This document shows, piece after piece, positions 1 through 9,152 of a stretch of 48,508 bases of DNA (the stretch's first letter is position 1; each line of letters opens with the position of its first letter). The stretch is from Candidatus Moraniibacteriota bacterium (GTDB lineage Bacteria > Patescibacteriota > Minisyncoccia > Moranbacterales > UBA2206). The notes under the pieces were generated by a model that made no database searches, was not told the origin of the DNA, and saw nothing but the letters and a program-made list of their open reading frames with translations. The stretch spans positions 1-48,508 of the forward strand of contig JBAXPY010000001.1 of assembly GCA_037132035.1 (NCBI GenBank), read 5' to 3'. The translations under genes and the position numbers were made by a program.

Positions 1-1238
1 TGATTTTCCTCAGGCGCATCGGGAGCTTCTTCCATATAGATATGCCCAGTTTTTTTATCGACAAAATCTTTTTTTGGTTCATCGAGTTTTGCAGTCTTTT
101 GGTCTAAAAACTTAATTTCTGGAGGAGCTTTTTTGATTTTAATCTGGGAAATTTTAGTGCGGATTTTTTCCCAGAGTGAAACAGATTGATCTTTTATTGC
201 GCCTGTTGCGCTTTTGAGTAGCTTTGCACTTGATTGCCCCAAGCTAGAGAGTTTTTCTTTGAAAAGGGGGAGCGGGTCGAATTCAATTTTTTCGGCATGA
301 TTTTCCTCAGGCGCATCGGGAGCTTCTTTTATGTAGATATGCCCAGTTTTTTTATCGACAAAATCTTTTGCTTCATCTTTGAGCTCTTGGATTATTTCTT
401 GCCTTTCCTTTTTTATGATGGCGTCCTTAGCTCTTTCTTTTTCTAGCATTTTTGGAGAAGGTTTTTTTTGAAAGGCGGCTTGGCTAAAAACATTCATATC
501 CTCTCTTCTTGCGGCTGTTGGGGCTTCGGGAAGCTCATCGTTTTTTTCGTCTATATCGATAACGAGAGAGGCCACCTGGTCAAGTTCGTTGACGAGGGCG
601 GTGTTTAGGAACTGGATGAAATTTTCACGTGAAAATTTGAGTGCGCTTTTTTTAATTTCTTCTAGGGAAAAAATGTTAAAAATTTTCTTTGTAGTGAGTA
701 GCAGTTTGTTATTTTTTTCGATTTTTCCCGAAATGACATCCTGAAACGTTTTCAAAGGATTAGAATCGATGTTTTCATCTTGAATCTCCGTAATTTCAGC
801 GAAGGTATTGCCGCGCAAAAGAAAAGCTGAGGCATTTCCGGTTTGAGAGAGGAGAATGTTATTCTTTTCGATTACAGCACAAATAGCATTGACATGCCCA
901 ATCCAGCCGATATTTTCATGCGTGGCGAGTTTGGCGAGAGCAAGATTGGCTTTGTGTAGGGCTGATTCGAAGTTTTCAATAGGACCGCGGTTGGCACGGG
1001 AAAAATACTCCTTTTTAATGATGGAAATTAGGTAATTTACGACATAGGAAGAATCTTCGCTTCTGTCGTCAATCTGGAAGATTCCCACCAGAGTCCCAAG
1101 ACTATGATGTGAAATATTTTCCGGTTCTTCAATCAGTATTTCAAGGAATGGTCGACAATCATTTTTTTTGCAAATCAAAATATCATGAAAGTTCGGTTCC
1201 AAGTGGGGCATTCTTTTGTCGATTTTTTTTCTGGTCAT
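1..1238 (-). CDS. Partial CDS (runs off the left edge): degenerate PP2C/SpoIIE-like domain protein with a Lys/Glu-rich repetitive C-terminal region
   Basis: Absent from the ORF track because there is no stop inside the window. The reverse complement from ATG (1238..1236) reads MTRKKIDKRMPHLEPNFHDIL... and stays open for 412 codons to position 1. ILLSQTGNASAFLLRGN resembles the PP2C 'vaNvGDSRayl' strand but lacks the Asp. There is an in-frame 72-nt direct repeat at 1-72 and 298-369. Confidence 0.5.
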   Translation of the reverse strand, partial: MTRKKIDKRMPHLEPNFHDILICKKNDCRPFLEILIEEPENISHHSLGTLVGIFQIDDRSEDSSYVVNYLISIIKKEYFSRANRGPIENFESALHKANLALAKLATHENIGWIGHVNAICAVIEKNNILLSQTGNASAFLLRGNTFAEITEIQDENIDSNPLKTFQDVISGKIEKNNKLLLTTKKIFNIFSLEEIKKSALKFSRENFIQFLNTALVNELDQVASLVIDIDEKNDELPEAPTAARREDMNVFSQAAFQKKPSPKMLEKERAKDAIIKKERQEIIQELKDEAKDFVDKKTGHIYIKEAPDAPEENHAEKIEFDPLPLFKEKLSSLGQSSAKLLKSATGAIKDQSVSLWEKIRTKISQIKIKKAPPEIKFLDQKTAKLDEPKKDFVDKKTGHIYMEEAPDAPEEN

Positions 1239-1487
1239 ATTGAAAACTAACAGGAGGCTTGTCTATTAATATAATTTAGCATAATTTGGCAAAAAATAGA
1301 AATAGCTTGGCAGTCAGAATGAATATTTGGAAGTTTTTGTATTTTATGGTACTATGAAGTCATTGAGATGTTTGCTTGTCGGGGTGGGGCTGATTATGAT
1401 GAGATTTATATGATAGATTAAAAAAAAGATGACCCTGATTTTGTTGTCGGTTAAAAAAGTTATAATTATTTTTTACAAAACAAAAAA

Positions 1488-4400
1488 ATGAAAAAAAAAT
1501 TTCTCACTCTCGCACTGTTTCTGGCATTTATTCTTTTCAATCAAAAGGCACAAGCCACAGCAGTTTCACCGACAACAATTCCTCCGGCAGTAACATCAGA
1601 AACAGTGCCCAGGCAAGTTGACGTGGGAAATCAACAAGGCGAAGTTGGCAAAATGACAGTCATTGCTGATATTAATTTCAGAGACCCCAGTATCATCAAG
1701 CAGGAAAACAACAAATTGATTCTCTATTTTAGTTTAGAAAATAAGTTTCCAAAAAGTGAAGCAGGTATTCGCTATGGTGTCCAATTGATCAAGGACAAAA
1801 CGCTCATAGACGAAAAAGTCTATACTGATGATGTGCTGTCTGTTGAAAGCAATAATTTTATTCAAAAAATCTTCAGTTATGATGCTCCTGGTTATCTCTT
1901 TGGCGATTTTGAATTGTGGCTTGTGTCTGAAAATGAAAGTGGTCTGCCCCTTGCCACTTTCAAATTTGAAAAACCGCTGACGCTTATGGGCACTGGGGAA
2001 TATTTGGAAATTAATAATAAATCTTGCAGTCTAAAGATTGAAGGGGATAAGGATAATAAAATATATTCACTAATGCAGGGCGTTTCCCTGAAGCCGGAAG
2101 AAACACTCAGGCTTAATTGTGAAGTGATTAGTCATTTCAAGGAAGCAGTTACAATCTCTCCAAGCTATAGCACCTTTGAACGCACCCTTTTTGGCAATCT
2201 GGTTGACAGGGATAGGAAAGGAGCAGAATTGACTTTTCAATCGGGAGAAAAAAAGACAGTTAATCTGGCAATTGAAAAACCAAAAAATCCTCAAGCCTAT
2301 GAAGTCAAGGTGGATTTAGTCCAAAATAGTAGACCTGTTTCTGGCCAATTAATAAATGCTAAAGTCAAAAAAACAGATTCAGCTCAAAATAACATCTCTG
2401 TTTCCAGCCCGGTCATTTTTCATTATGTGATTGCCGGAGAAAGTGCCACGATTCGAAAGCTGGATTTGGATAAGATCAGCTATCAAAAAGGCGACATCAT
2501 CAATGCTACTCTGCGATGGTCCGGCTCGGCTGATAATTTCGGGGATTCGCGCACCGGAAATACAAAAGACAATACTGTATTGCTTAGTCTCGACATTTCC
2601 GATGATGCCAATCAAAAATGTGCTGACAGCTTGGAAGAAACACTTGAGCCAAATTCGCCAGAGGCCAAACTTGCTCTCACGGCCAAGATCAATTGTACTG
2701 ATCCGAAAGTGAAAGTAACTCTCAAGAATGGACAGGGAGTGGTTCTCGCTCAAAAGGAATTTAATTATTTGAAAAATAAGGAAATTTCTCCAAAACAGCC
2801 TGGAGCAACTGCACCTACAGCTAAACATAAGAGCAGTAACTCGGTGATCATTATTATATTAATTCTTGTGCTTGTTGTGACTCTGATTTTATTTTTTTTG
2901 AAAAAAAGAAATAAAACTGGGAAGTTATTATTTTTGCTTTTGCTTGGAGTTTTGTTTAGTTGCAGATTGCAAAATGTGAGAGCTATTACAATTGATAAGC
3001 CATATAATAGTTGGGGAGATTTTTGTTATTCTGTAAATTTGAATAAAGGGTCAGGACCCTACGACACAGGAGAGGCAATGTCTGTGACGTATAGTGGAAG
3101 TGCGACCAATACTGGTTGTTTTGATCATGATGGGAATACTACGTTATTAGCTTCAACGAACACATCCGATAGCTGGTCTGATGTTAGCTGGAGGGGCAAT
3201 CAAAATTTTAAGGATGGAAATTGTAATGTTAGTATTCCTAGTTCCACTTGGAATGCGGGTAGCGCACCATCGTCAAGTGGCTCAATTTCTCTTATAGCTT
3301 GCATAACTGGAGAGGGTTCTTTGGGCGTTAGATCTTATTGTTCTGGCACATCATCTGGTGGGGGTAATTTTGATTCTGCGAGTGGGAGTATCCCCTATAC
3401 CGTTCGTGGCGCCACTCCACTTCCAACGCCTACTTGCGATATTAATTTTGGCAGCGGCACATATACCGCTGGTAGTTGGGGGACAATGACTTGGTCAAGT
3501 ACTAATACAACGAATGCTTATCTGACTTGTTCTTTGGGCTCTAGCGTTCTCGTAAATGGTGCTGAGGTATATTCATCAACATCTTCCTATGCGACCAAAA
3601 ATTATGGAGTATCACTTGCATCAGCAGGAACGGTTGCTTGCACACTTAAAGTGGTTAACTCAGCCGCTAGTTCTGAAAGCACACAAAGCACTTGTTCCGC
3701 TTGGGCGGTAGTCAGTGGGCCAATTCCTACCCCCAAGTGCGTCGCTTCATTTAGCGTTGTAAATATTCAAGCTCCTGGTACAGCATATCTTTCCTGGTAT
3801 TCTTTCGATGCGGATAAGACGATTGGTTCTTGTTCTGGCATTGGAAGTCCGGTTCCAGCAGCTGATTATGGTTTGGCTTATGACAATTATCCTATTGCTT
3901 TCGTTGCGACGGATAGTGGGACAGAGACTTGCACTTTTACGCCATATATTGGTGCGACCGCGGGAACTCCATGTTCGGCTAGTGTGCTAGTGAGATCACA
4001 AGGGGTTTGTGGTTCCGCCGATGGAACATCCTCATGCACGCAGCCGACTACTGGCCTTTGCGGTTCATCGAGTACTGCTTCTGCGGTTACTGGCACTGGT
4101 CCATGGAATTGGACTTGTACGGGAGCTAGTGGCGGTGGCAGCGTGAGCTGTTCTGCGACTAAAAGTTGCGCACTAGCTTCGTGTCATGCTTCTTTTTCTC
4201 CTTCTAGTATCCTTACTTCTTCAACTACTCCTGGCGTTTCTGTTCTTGCGTGGGATTCCACGGGTGATTCAATGACAGTGTCTTGTACAGGGCCAATGCC
4301 GATTAGCCCTGCGATGAGCGTTGTTAATCCTGCGAGTGGTTCTGGCCCTGTTCCCTTTACCGTGGATCAAACTGGAATAGAGAAATGTACGTTTACTCCG

Positions 4401-5642
4401 TATAATGGAGTAACTCCAGGCACTACTTGCGAAGCGACCGTTTCTGTCAGGGCTGATGCAATCTGCGGTTCTGCAAGCGGGGGAACTTCCTGCTTGGCGC
4501 CAACTAGCAATCTTTGTACTTTAGGTACATTACTAGCAGCTCCGACGGTATATTCTGGTACATGGTGGGGATGGACATGCTTGGGATTGAACGGTGGTGC
4601 TAATGGAAGTTGTAGCACGACAATAGACTGCGCTAGTCCTTCTTGTGTTGCGAATTTTTCACCAACGAGCTTGACTGCCCCGGGAACTGCCAGTCTTACT
4701 TGGGTTCCTTCTAATGCTGATAAGATGCTTGGTACATGTTCTGGAATTGGTGCAATAATTCCAGAGAGTGATTATGGACTATCTAATACTGTTGGCTATC
4801 CTTTTGCTTTTACTGCTTTGCAAACCGGAACGGAAACTTGCACGTTCACTCCATATATGGGAGCGACAAAAGGCGCCCCTTGTTCTGCTAGCGTAGTAGT
4901 TAGGGATACTTGTGAATGTAGTACAATAGTTAGCACTGGAGTACCTTGTCCGGTAGGAACAACTTGCGATGGTTGTAATTGTATTTCTCCAAACACTTGT
5001 ATGCCATTAGATCCACCTGTGGGCACAACAAGGTGTCCCTTAACCAGAGAAACGGGTCTTAGTTCTGTTCAAGCATGGACGGATCGCATAACCCTTTCTG
5101 CTTGCACCGGAGTGCTTGGAATATGCGAGTACTATACTCCTATTGCAACATTCGGTTGTGACCCGTCCGATCCACCAACAGGAATAAGATGTGCCGGAAC
5201 GAGAGAGTCAGGTTTTAGCGTTTCTCAATCATGGACGCCTGTGGGAACAGTTTCCTCTTGCACTGGATTGAGTGGCATATGTGAATATTATACCCCAGCT
5301 GGAACATTTGGTTGTGACCGGCCCGATCCACCACCAGGACATGCAAGATGCCCTGCAACTCAAGAATCAGGCTTTAGTTCTGTAAAGTCTTGGCTTCTAA
5401 AAGCAAGTCTTAGTGCTTGCACTGGTCCAACCGGAATTTGCGAGTATTATCCTTGTCCGACAGCTCCTCAATGCTATTATCCGACCACCTGCAGTTCTGG
5501 TGGTTGCGGAATCCAATATGAAGCATGTCTTTCTATCCCTGCATCCCTTGGATGCACTGCTCCCGCTTGTCTCTCAACTTCTTGCACGGGAACGATGAAT
5601 TGTCCTTGTAATTCGGGAGGATGGCAGGAGATTTCTCATTAA
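1488..5642 (+). CDS. Giant (1384 aa) secreted/membrane-anchored Cys-rich repeat surface protein
   Basis: ORF track. N-terminal signal peptide MKKKFLTLALFLAFILFNQKAQA. Internal hydrophobic hairpin at aa ~452-492. The C-terminal ~890 aa are Cys/Gly/Ser/Thr-rich with modules ...ETCTFTPY.G...G..C.A.V.VR, CGS..G..C....LC...W.W.C.G..GG....CS, and three 50-52-aa repeats ending GICEYY. Confidence 0.75.
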   Translation: MKKKFLTLALFLAFILFNQKAQATAVSPTTIPPAVTSETVPRQVDVGNQQGEVGKMTVIADINFRDPSIIKQENNKLILYFSLENKFPKSEAGIRYGVQLIKDKTLIDEKVYTDDVLSVESNNFIQKIFSYDAPGYLFGDFELWLVSENESGLPLATFKFEKPLTLMGTGEYLEINNKSCSLKIEGDKDNKIYSLMQGVSLKPEETLRLNCEVISHFKEAVTISPSYSTFERTLFGNLVDRDRKGAELTFQSGEKKTVNLAIEKPKNPQAYEVKVDLVQNSRPVSGQLINAKVKKTDSAQNNISVSSPVIFHYVIAGESATIRKLDLDKISYQKGDIINATLRWSGSADNFGDSRTGNTKDNTVLLSLDISDDANQKCADSLEETLEPNSPEAKLALTAKINCTDPKVKVTLKNGQGVVLAQKEFNYLKNKEISPKQPGATAPTAKHKSSNSVIIIILILVLVVTLILFFLKKRNKTGKLLFLLLLGVLFSCRLQNVRAITIDKPYNSWGDFCYSVNLNKGSGPYDTGEAMSVTYSGSATNTGCFDHDGNTTLLASTNTSDSWSDVSWRGNQNFKDGNCNVSIPSSTWNAGSAPSSSGSISLIACITGEGSLGVRSYCSGTSSGGGNFDSASGSIPYTVRGATPLPTPTCDINFGSGTYTAGSWGTMTWSSTNTTNAYLTCSLGSSVLVNGAEVYSSTSSYATKNYGVSLASAGTVACTLKVVNSAASSESTQSTCSAWAVVSGPIPTPKCVASFSVVNIQAPGTAYLSWYSFDADKTIGSCSGIGSPVPAADYGLAYDNYPIAFVATDSGTETCTFTPYIGATAGTPCSASVLVRSQGVCGSADGTSSCTQPTTGLCGSSSTASAVTGTGPWNWTCTGASGGGSVSCSATKSCALASCHASFSPSSILTSSTTPGVSVLAWDSTGDSMTVSCTGPMPISPAMSVVNPASGSGPVPFTVDQTGIEKCTFTPYNGVTPGTTCEATVSVRADAICGSASGGTSCLAPTSNLCTLGTLLAAPTVYSGTWWGWTCLGLNGGANGSCSTTIDCASPSCVANFSPTSLTAPGTASLTWVPSNADKMLGTCSGIGAIIPESDYGLSNTVGYPFAFTALQTGTETCTFTPYMGATKGAPCSASVVVRDTCECSTIVSTGVPCPVGTTCDGCNCISPNTCMPLDPPVGTTRCPLTRETGLSSVQAWTDRITLSACTGVLGICEYYTPIATFGCDPSDPPTGIRCAGTRESGFSVSQSWTPVGTVSSCTGLSGICEYYTPAGTFGCDRPDPPPGHARCPATQESGFSSVKSWLLKASLSACTGPTGICEYYPCPTAPQCYYPTTCSSGGCGIQYEACLSIPASLGCTAPACLSTSCTGTMNCPCNSGGWQEISH

Positions 5643-5676
5643 AAAAGTAACTTATTGTAATAATTAAATTAATTCT

Positions 5677-6093
5677 ATGGATAAAAAAAAGATTCTCATT
5701 TTATGTTTTGCGTTTTTTGTGCTTCTGGTTGGACTTTTTGTGGCAGTCAAAAGCATCAATGAGAAGAATAAAAAAACAAGTTCTCCTCAAAAAACGATTG
5801 CTGAAAAAAAAGAAGTTAATGTCTCATCGAAACAAGATGCTGCTGTGAGCATTATGGGCAGTATCGGCGCGATTGATGAAAAAACCTTGAGCATAAGACA
5901 GATGAGAGAAGTGGTATCTGTCAACATTAACAGCTCAATTGTAGTGTCAAATGTCGATCTTGATGGAAAAAAATTGGGAGCTGCTAAATTGTCCGATCTC
6001 AAGACAGGGGATTCTGTTCGGGTGACTTATGATGGGGCCACGAAGAATGCGACAGAGATTTTTGTAACAAGAGTTCAGGCGCAAGAGAAATAG
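5677..6093 (+). CDS. Small N-terminally anchored/secreted protein (unknown function)
   Basis: ORF track. N-terminal TM/signal KKILILCFAFFVLLVGLFVAV. The C-terminal ~75-aa domain (GSIGAIDEKTLSIRQ...DLKTGDSVRVTYDGATKNATEIFVT) is repeated in the next ORF. Confidence 0.6.
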   Translation: MDKKKILILCFAFFVLLVGLFVAVKSINEKNKKTSSPQKTIAEKKEVNVSSKQDAAVSIMGSIGAIDEKTLSIRQMREVVSVNINSSIVVSNVDLDGKKLGAAKLSDLKTGDSVRVTYDGATKNATEIFVTRVQAQEK

Positions 6094-6198
6094 AGCTTGA
6101 GCTAGGATAGGCAATAAAACAAAAGTCGAATTAAAAAAGAAAAGGCACCCGAAGGCGATTCGCTTGCTCAGGTATTTGCAGGAGCCGATCAAGCTCAA

Positions 6199-6465
6199 GT
6201 GAAGACTACATCTGATGCTATGGGCAGTATTGAAGCGGTTGATGGAAAAACCTTGACCATAAAACAAGTATTGGGAAGTGTCACGATAAATATTGATAGC
6301 GCTTCTCAAATAACAGTAATAGATGACAAAAATCAGTCAGCTCCTGGAAAATTGGCAGATCTTTTGGTGGGTGATTCAGTCAAGGCAACTTATGACAAGG
6401 CGACTAAAAATTCTGTTGCGATTTTTGTTACAAAAAAGCAAGCAGTTGCAAAAAAAACTAAATAA
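6199..6465 (+). CDS. Paralog of the preceding small protein, lacking a signal/anchor (possibly a truncated duplicate)
   Basis: ORF track with a GTG start. MGSIEAVDGKTLTIKQ...DLLVGDSVKATYDKATKNSVAIFVT aligns with 5677..6093. The frame is open back to ~6115 without an ATG or any hydrophobic N-terminus. Confidence 0.4.
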   Translation: MKTTSDAMGSIEAVDGKTLTIKQVLGSVTINIDSASQITVIDDKNQSAPGKLADLLVGDSVKATYDKATKNSVAIFVTKKQAVAKKTK

Positions 6466-6488
6466 TCGCGCGAATAATTTCAATAGAA

Positions 6489-6516
6489 TTGTTTTTTTGA
6501 GAAAGTATGGTATACT
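6489..6516 (+). promoter_or_regulatory. Candidate sigma70-type promoter with extended -10 upstream of pilM
   Basis: TTGTTT (6489-6494), a 16-nt spacer, then TGGTATACT (6508-6516). The same TGnTAnnnT extended -10 form recurs upstream of several genes in the window. Confidence 0.4.
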
Positions 6517-6583
6517 AAATTTATCTACTGACGCTATTATTTGTGTGTGGAGCGAATTCTAGAAAAATAAACATAGTCGGTGG

Positions 6584-7753
6584 ATGGGGAAAGATAAAAA
6601 GCAAAAACTATTTATAATAATGTTTGATTTTAGTTTCAAAAAAAATGTATTTGTTGGTGTCGACATTGGATCAGCTGCTATTAAAGTAGTTGAGCTTACT
6701 GTGGTGGAGGGAGAGCCAATGCTTTCAAATTATGCTTGGATGTCGCTTGCTGGAAATAATATCGGAAAAGGAGACGAAAATGTTGAGTATTTTCAGGTTA
6801 TCTTGCCACAATGTCTAAAAAGAATCATCAAAAAGGCTAAATTTTCAGGACGAGATGCCTATGTTTCTTTGCCAGCCTTTGGAGGCCTCATAACGCTCAT
6901 TGATTTTCCTGAAATGGCTGATGGTGACATGGAGCAAGCAATTAGGTTTGAGGCGCACAAATATATCCCAACTGCGCTAGATGAGGTGGTGATTAGTTGG
7001 GAGATCGTGGAGAGGGGAAATCGTTCTGCGTCTTTGATTAAAGAGATTCCTGTTCCTGGTAATTCTGGAGATGCCAAGGAGACTGATTCTGGCGTACGGG
7101 TTAAGGTTTTGCTCGTGGCTGCTTCACGAAAAAAGGTTTTGAAATATGAAAATTTAGTCAAGCTTTCCGGGCTGGAATTGAAATCGATTGATATCGAAAC
7201 ATTTTCGGTTGTGCGCTCGCTGGTGGGCAATGATATGGGTAGTTTTGTTATTGTGGATATTGGTGCACGAGTTTGCAATATTGTCTTGGTTGAAAAGGGG
7301 GTAATTAGGATTAATCGAAATATTGATGCTGGTGGAGATGAAATGACCAAGGCAATTGTGAAAGCCATGGGAATTGAAATGGAAAGGGCAGAAGCGCTCA
7401 AGGTTTCTGGCAAGAATTTTTTTGAAACTGAATCAGCGGTTAGTTTTTTCACACTCGAGCTTATTACGGGAGAGGTAGAACGAATGATCCGTGCATATTG
7501 CAAGGATGGTGATCGGGACAAAATTGAGGAGATTATCCTTTCTGGCGGAACATCGAGACTGACAGGTATCGCGGATTATTTTTCCAATAAATTGAAAATA
7601 AAAACAACAATTGGTAACCCTTTTGCACGAATCGGCTATGACAGTCGATTGAAATCAACCATCGCAGATATTCAAAATAATCTCAATATTGCGGTGGGGT
7701 TGGCGTTGAAAGGTGTGGATGAATATTTGAAAGATAATTTAAATAAAAAATAA
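6584..7753 (+). CDS. pilM: Type IV pilus assembly protein PilM (actin-like ATPase fold)
   Basis: VGVDIGSAAIKVVEL phosphate-1-like motif, VDIGARVCNIVL, ILSGGTSRLTGIADY, and position at the head of the pilN/O/B genes. Confidence 0.85.
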   Translation: MGKDKKQKLFIIMFDFSFKKNVFVGVDIGSAAIKVVELTVVEGEPMLSNYAWMSLAGNNIGKGDENVEYFQVILPQCLKRIIKKAKFSGRDAYVSLPAFGGLITLIDFPEMADGDMEQAIRFEAHKYIPTALDEVVISWEIVERGNRSASLIKEIPVPGNSGDAKETDSGVRVKVLLVAASRKKVLKYENLVKLSGLELKSIDIETFSVVRSLVGNDMGSFVIVDIGARVCNIVLVEKGVIRINRNIDAGGDEMTKAIVKAMGIEMERAEALKVSGKNFFETESAVSFFTLELITGEVERMIRAYCKDGDRDKIEEIILSGGTSRLTGIADYFSNKLKIKTTIGNPFARIGYDSRLKSTIADIQNNLNIAVGLALKGVDEYLKDNLNKK

Positions 7754-7842
7754 TTAAAACAATTTAAAATATTTCGCTGAGCTTGCTTTCAAGCAGGGTC
7801 GTCTAGAATGATGGACGAATCTAGCGAAGTAGGAATAATAAA

Positions 7843-8355
7843 ATGGCAAATATAAATTTAATTACAGACAGAGAAAATGCGAGAATGCTTGGAACTGGAA
7901 CTGTTGTGCTCCTGGTAGCATTCTTTATCGTCATCCTGATTTATGGAGGACTGATTTTCTATGGGAATAAGCTGGGGACTGACTTGACGACAGCCAAGGA
8001 AGAATATGCAGCTAAATTCAATATTTTTGCTGTTGGTGGTTCTGGGCAAGTCTTAGATTTCCAAAACAGATTAACAATTTCAAATGAGCTTCTTGCGACG
8101 GAGCGGGACAACGGAAAGGATCTGCAAAACATTGAAAGTGTGATGATTGATGGCGTATACCTTGATTCCTATGTCTATGATGAGTCGGCTAAGTCAATTA
8201 AGATTGATTGCTTCGCCGACAGCTATGAAACGGTGGCAAAGCAAATTTTGAGTTTCAAGGGTGACGATTATTTTTCAACTGTACTTGCCGGTGAGACTAA
8301 GCTTGACCCAAAAAGAAAGATGATTAATTTCCCTGTTGTCTTAACGATTAAATAA
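7843..8355 (+). CDS. pilN: PilN-like pilus alignment protein
   Basis: 170 aa. N-terminal INLI motif followed by a single TM (GTVVLLVAFFIVILIYGGLIF). Lies directly after pilM. Confidence 0.65.
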   Translation: MANINLITDRENARMLGTGTVVLLVAFFIVILIYGGLIFYGNKLGTDLTTAKEEYAAKFNIFAVGGSGQVLDFQNRLTISNELLATERDNGKDLQNIESVMIDGVYLDSYVYDESAKSIKIDCFADSYETVAKQILSFKGDDYFSTVLAGETKLDPKRKMINFPVVLTIK

Positions 8356-8360
8356 AAAAT

Positions 8361-9152
8361 ATGAAAATAAAAATACTATTAGCTCCGGGACTAATCGTTG
8401 TTATCGTAGTAGCAATTATCTGGTATGTCTATCCGGCCTATGACGGCGTGGATGGTGTCAGAGATAGGCGCGCGAAAATGACAAGTCAGGATGTGCTCAC
8501 GGCTAAGCTGGATGGTAATATTAGCAGTGCGGAAAAATTAGGAACAGAGTTGCGTGTTAATGCGACTCAAAATGCAGTTGTTTTTAATTATATTCCCAAG
8601 GGTAAAGAGGAAGAGAAAATTATTGAAAATCTGAACTTGCAAGCAACGGGAAGCACTCTAGCTGTATTGGAAATTTCTGTTTCCGAATTGGCGGATGTTG
8701 TCGCTGCAGCAGAGGTTAGCACACTTTCGATTGCCCCGCCCATTGCCGATCCTGTCACGGGAGCTGTTGTGCTCGAAGCGCCAAAAGTGGTGCCTAAGAA
8801 ATTGAAAGTAAAGTATTCTGTTGTTGGTGATTATGCCAATATTAAGGTTTTAATAGGAAAAATCCAAAAGCTGAAAAGATTTAACAAGTTCTTGGGGCTG
8901 GATATAAAGACATTGATGACGGAAGGGCAGGAGATTAGTGATTCCTTACAAGCGAATATGACGCTAGAGTTTAATTATTTGAGTGAGCCTAAACGACTGA
9001 CCGATGCTGATTTGAGTAATGAGATTTTTTCAGCCACAGGAGGTTTTAGTAGTCAGATTATCGGAAAAATACGTGAGAGTAGAAATGTTGAAGTTAATAA
9101 TGTTATGCCGGGACAAAAAAGAGGGAATAATCCTTTTATCATTGCAAAATAA
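8361..9152 (+). CDS. PilO-like bitopic pilus assembly protein
   Basis: N-terminal TM (LLAPGLIVVIVVAIIWYVY), located between pilN and pilB, with its stop overlapping the pilB start (TAATG). The assignment is positional and topological only. Confidence 0.5.
   Translation: MKIKILLAPGLIVVIVVAIIWYVYPAYDGVDGVRDRRAKMTSQDVLTAKLDGNISSAEKLGTELRVNATQNAVVFNYIPKGKEEEKIIENLNLQATGSTLAVLEISVSELADVVAAAEVSTLSIAPPIADPVTGAVVLEAPKVVPKKLKVKYSVVGDYANIKVLIGKIQKLKRFNKFLGLDIKTLMTEGQEISDSLQANMTLEFNYLSEPKRLTDADLSNEIFSATGGFSSQIIGKIRESRNVEVNNVMPGQKRGNNPFIIAK

Noticed and set aside
6859-7521. Long antisense ORFs inside confidently assigned genes. Examples are 6859-7521 in pilM, 33352-33873 and 33615-33947 in ligA, 36041-36544 in gatA, 14154-14597 opposite pilin 2, 11770-12189 in pilT and 234-446 opposite the PP2C-like gene.
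   Set aside because: They have low-complexity or Ser/Ile/Phe-rich translations and no SD or promoter context. Each is fully nested in a gene with clear family motifs on the other strand.
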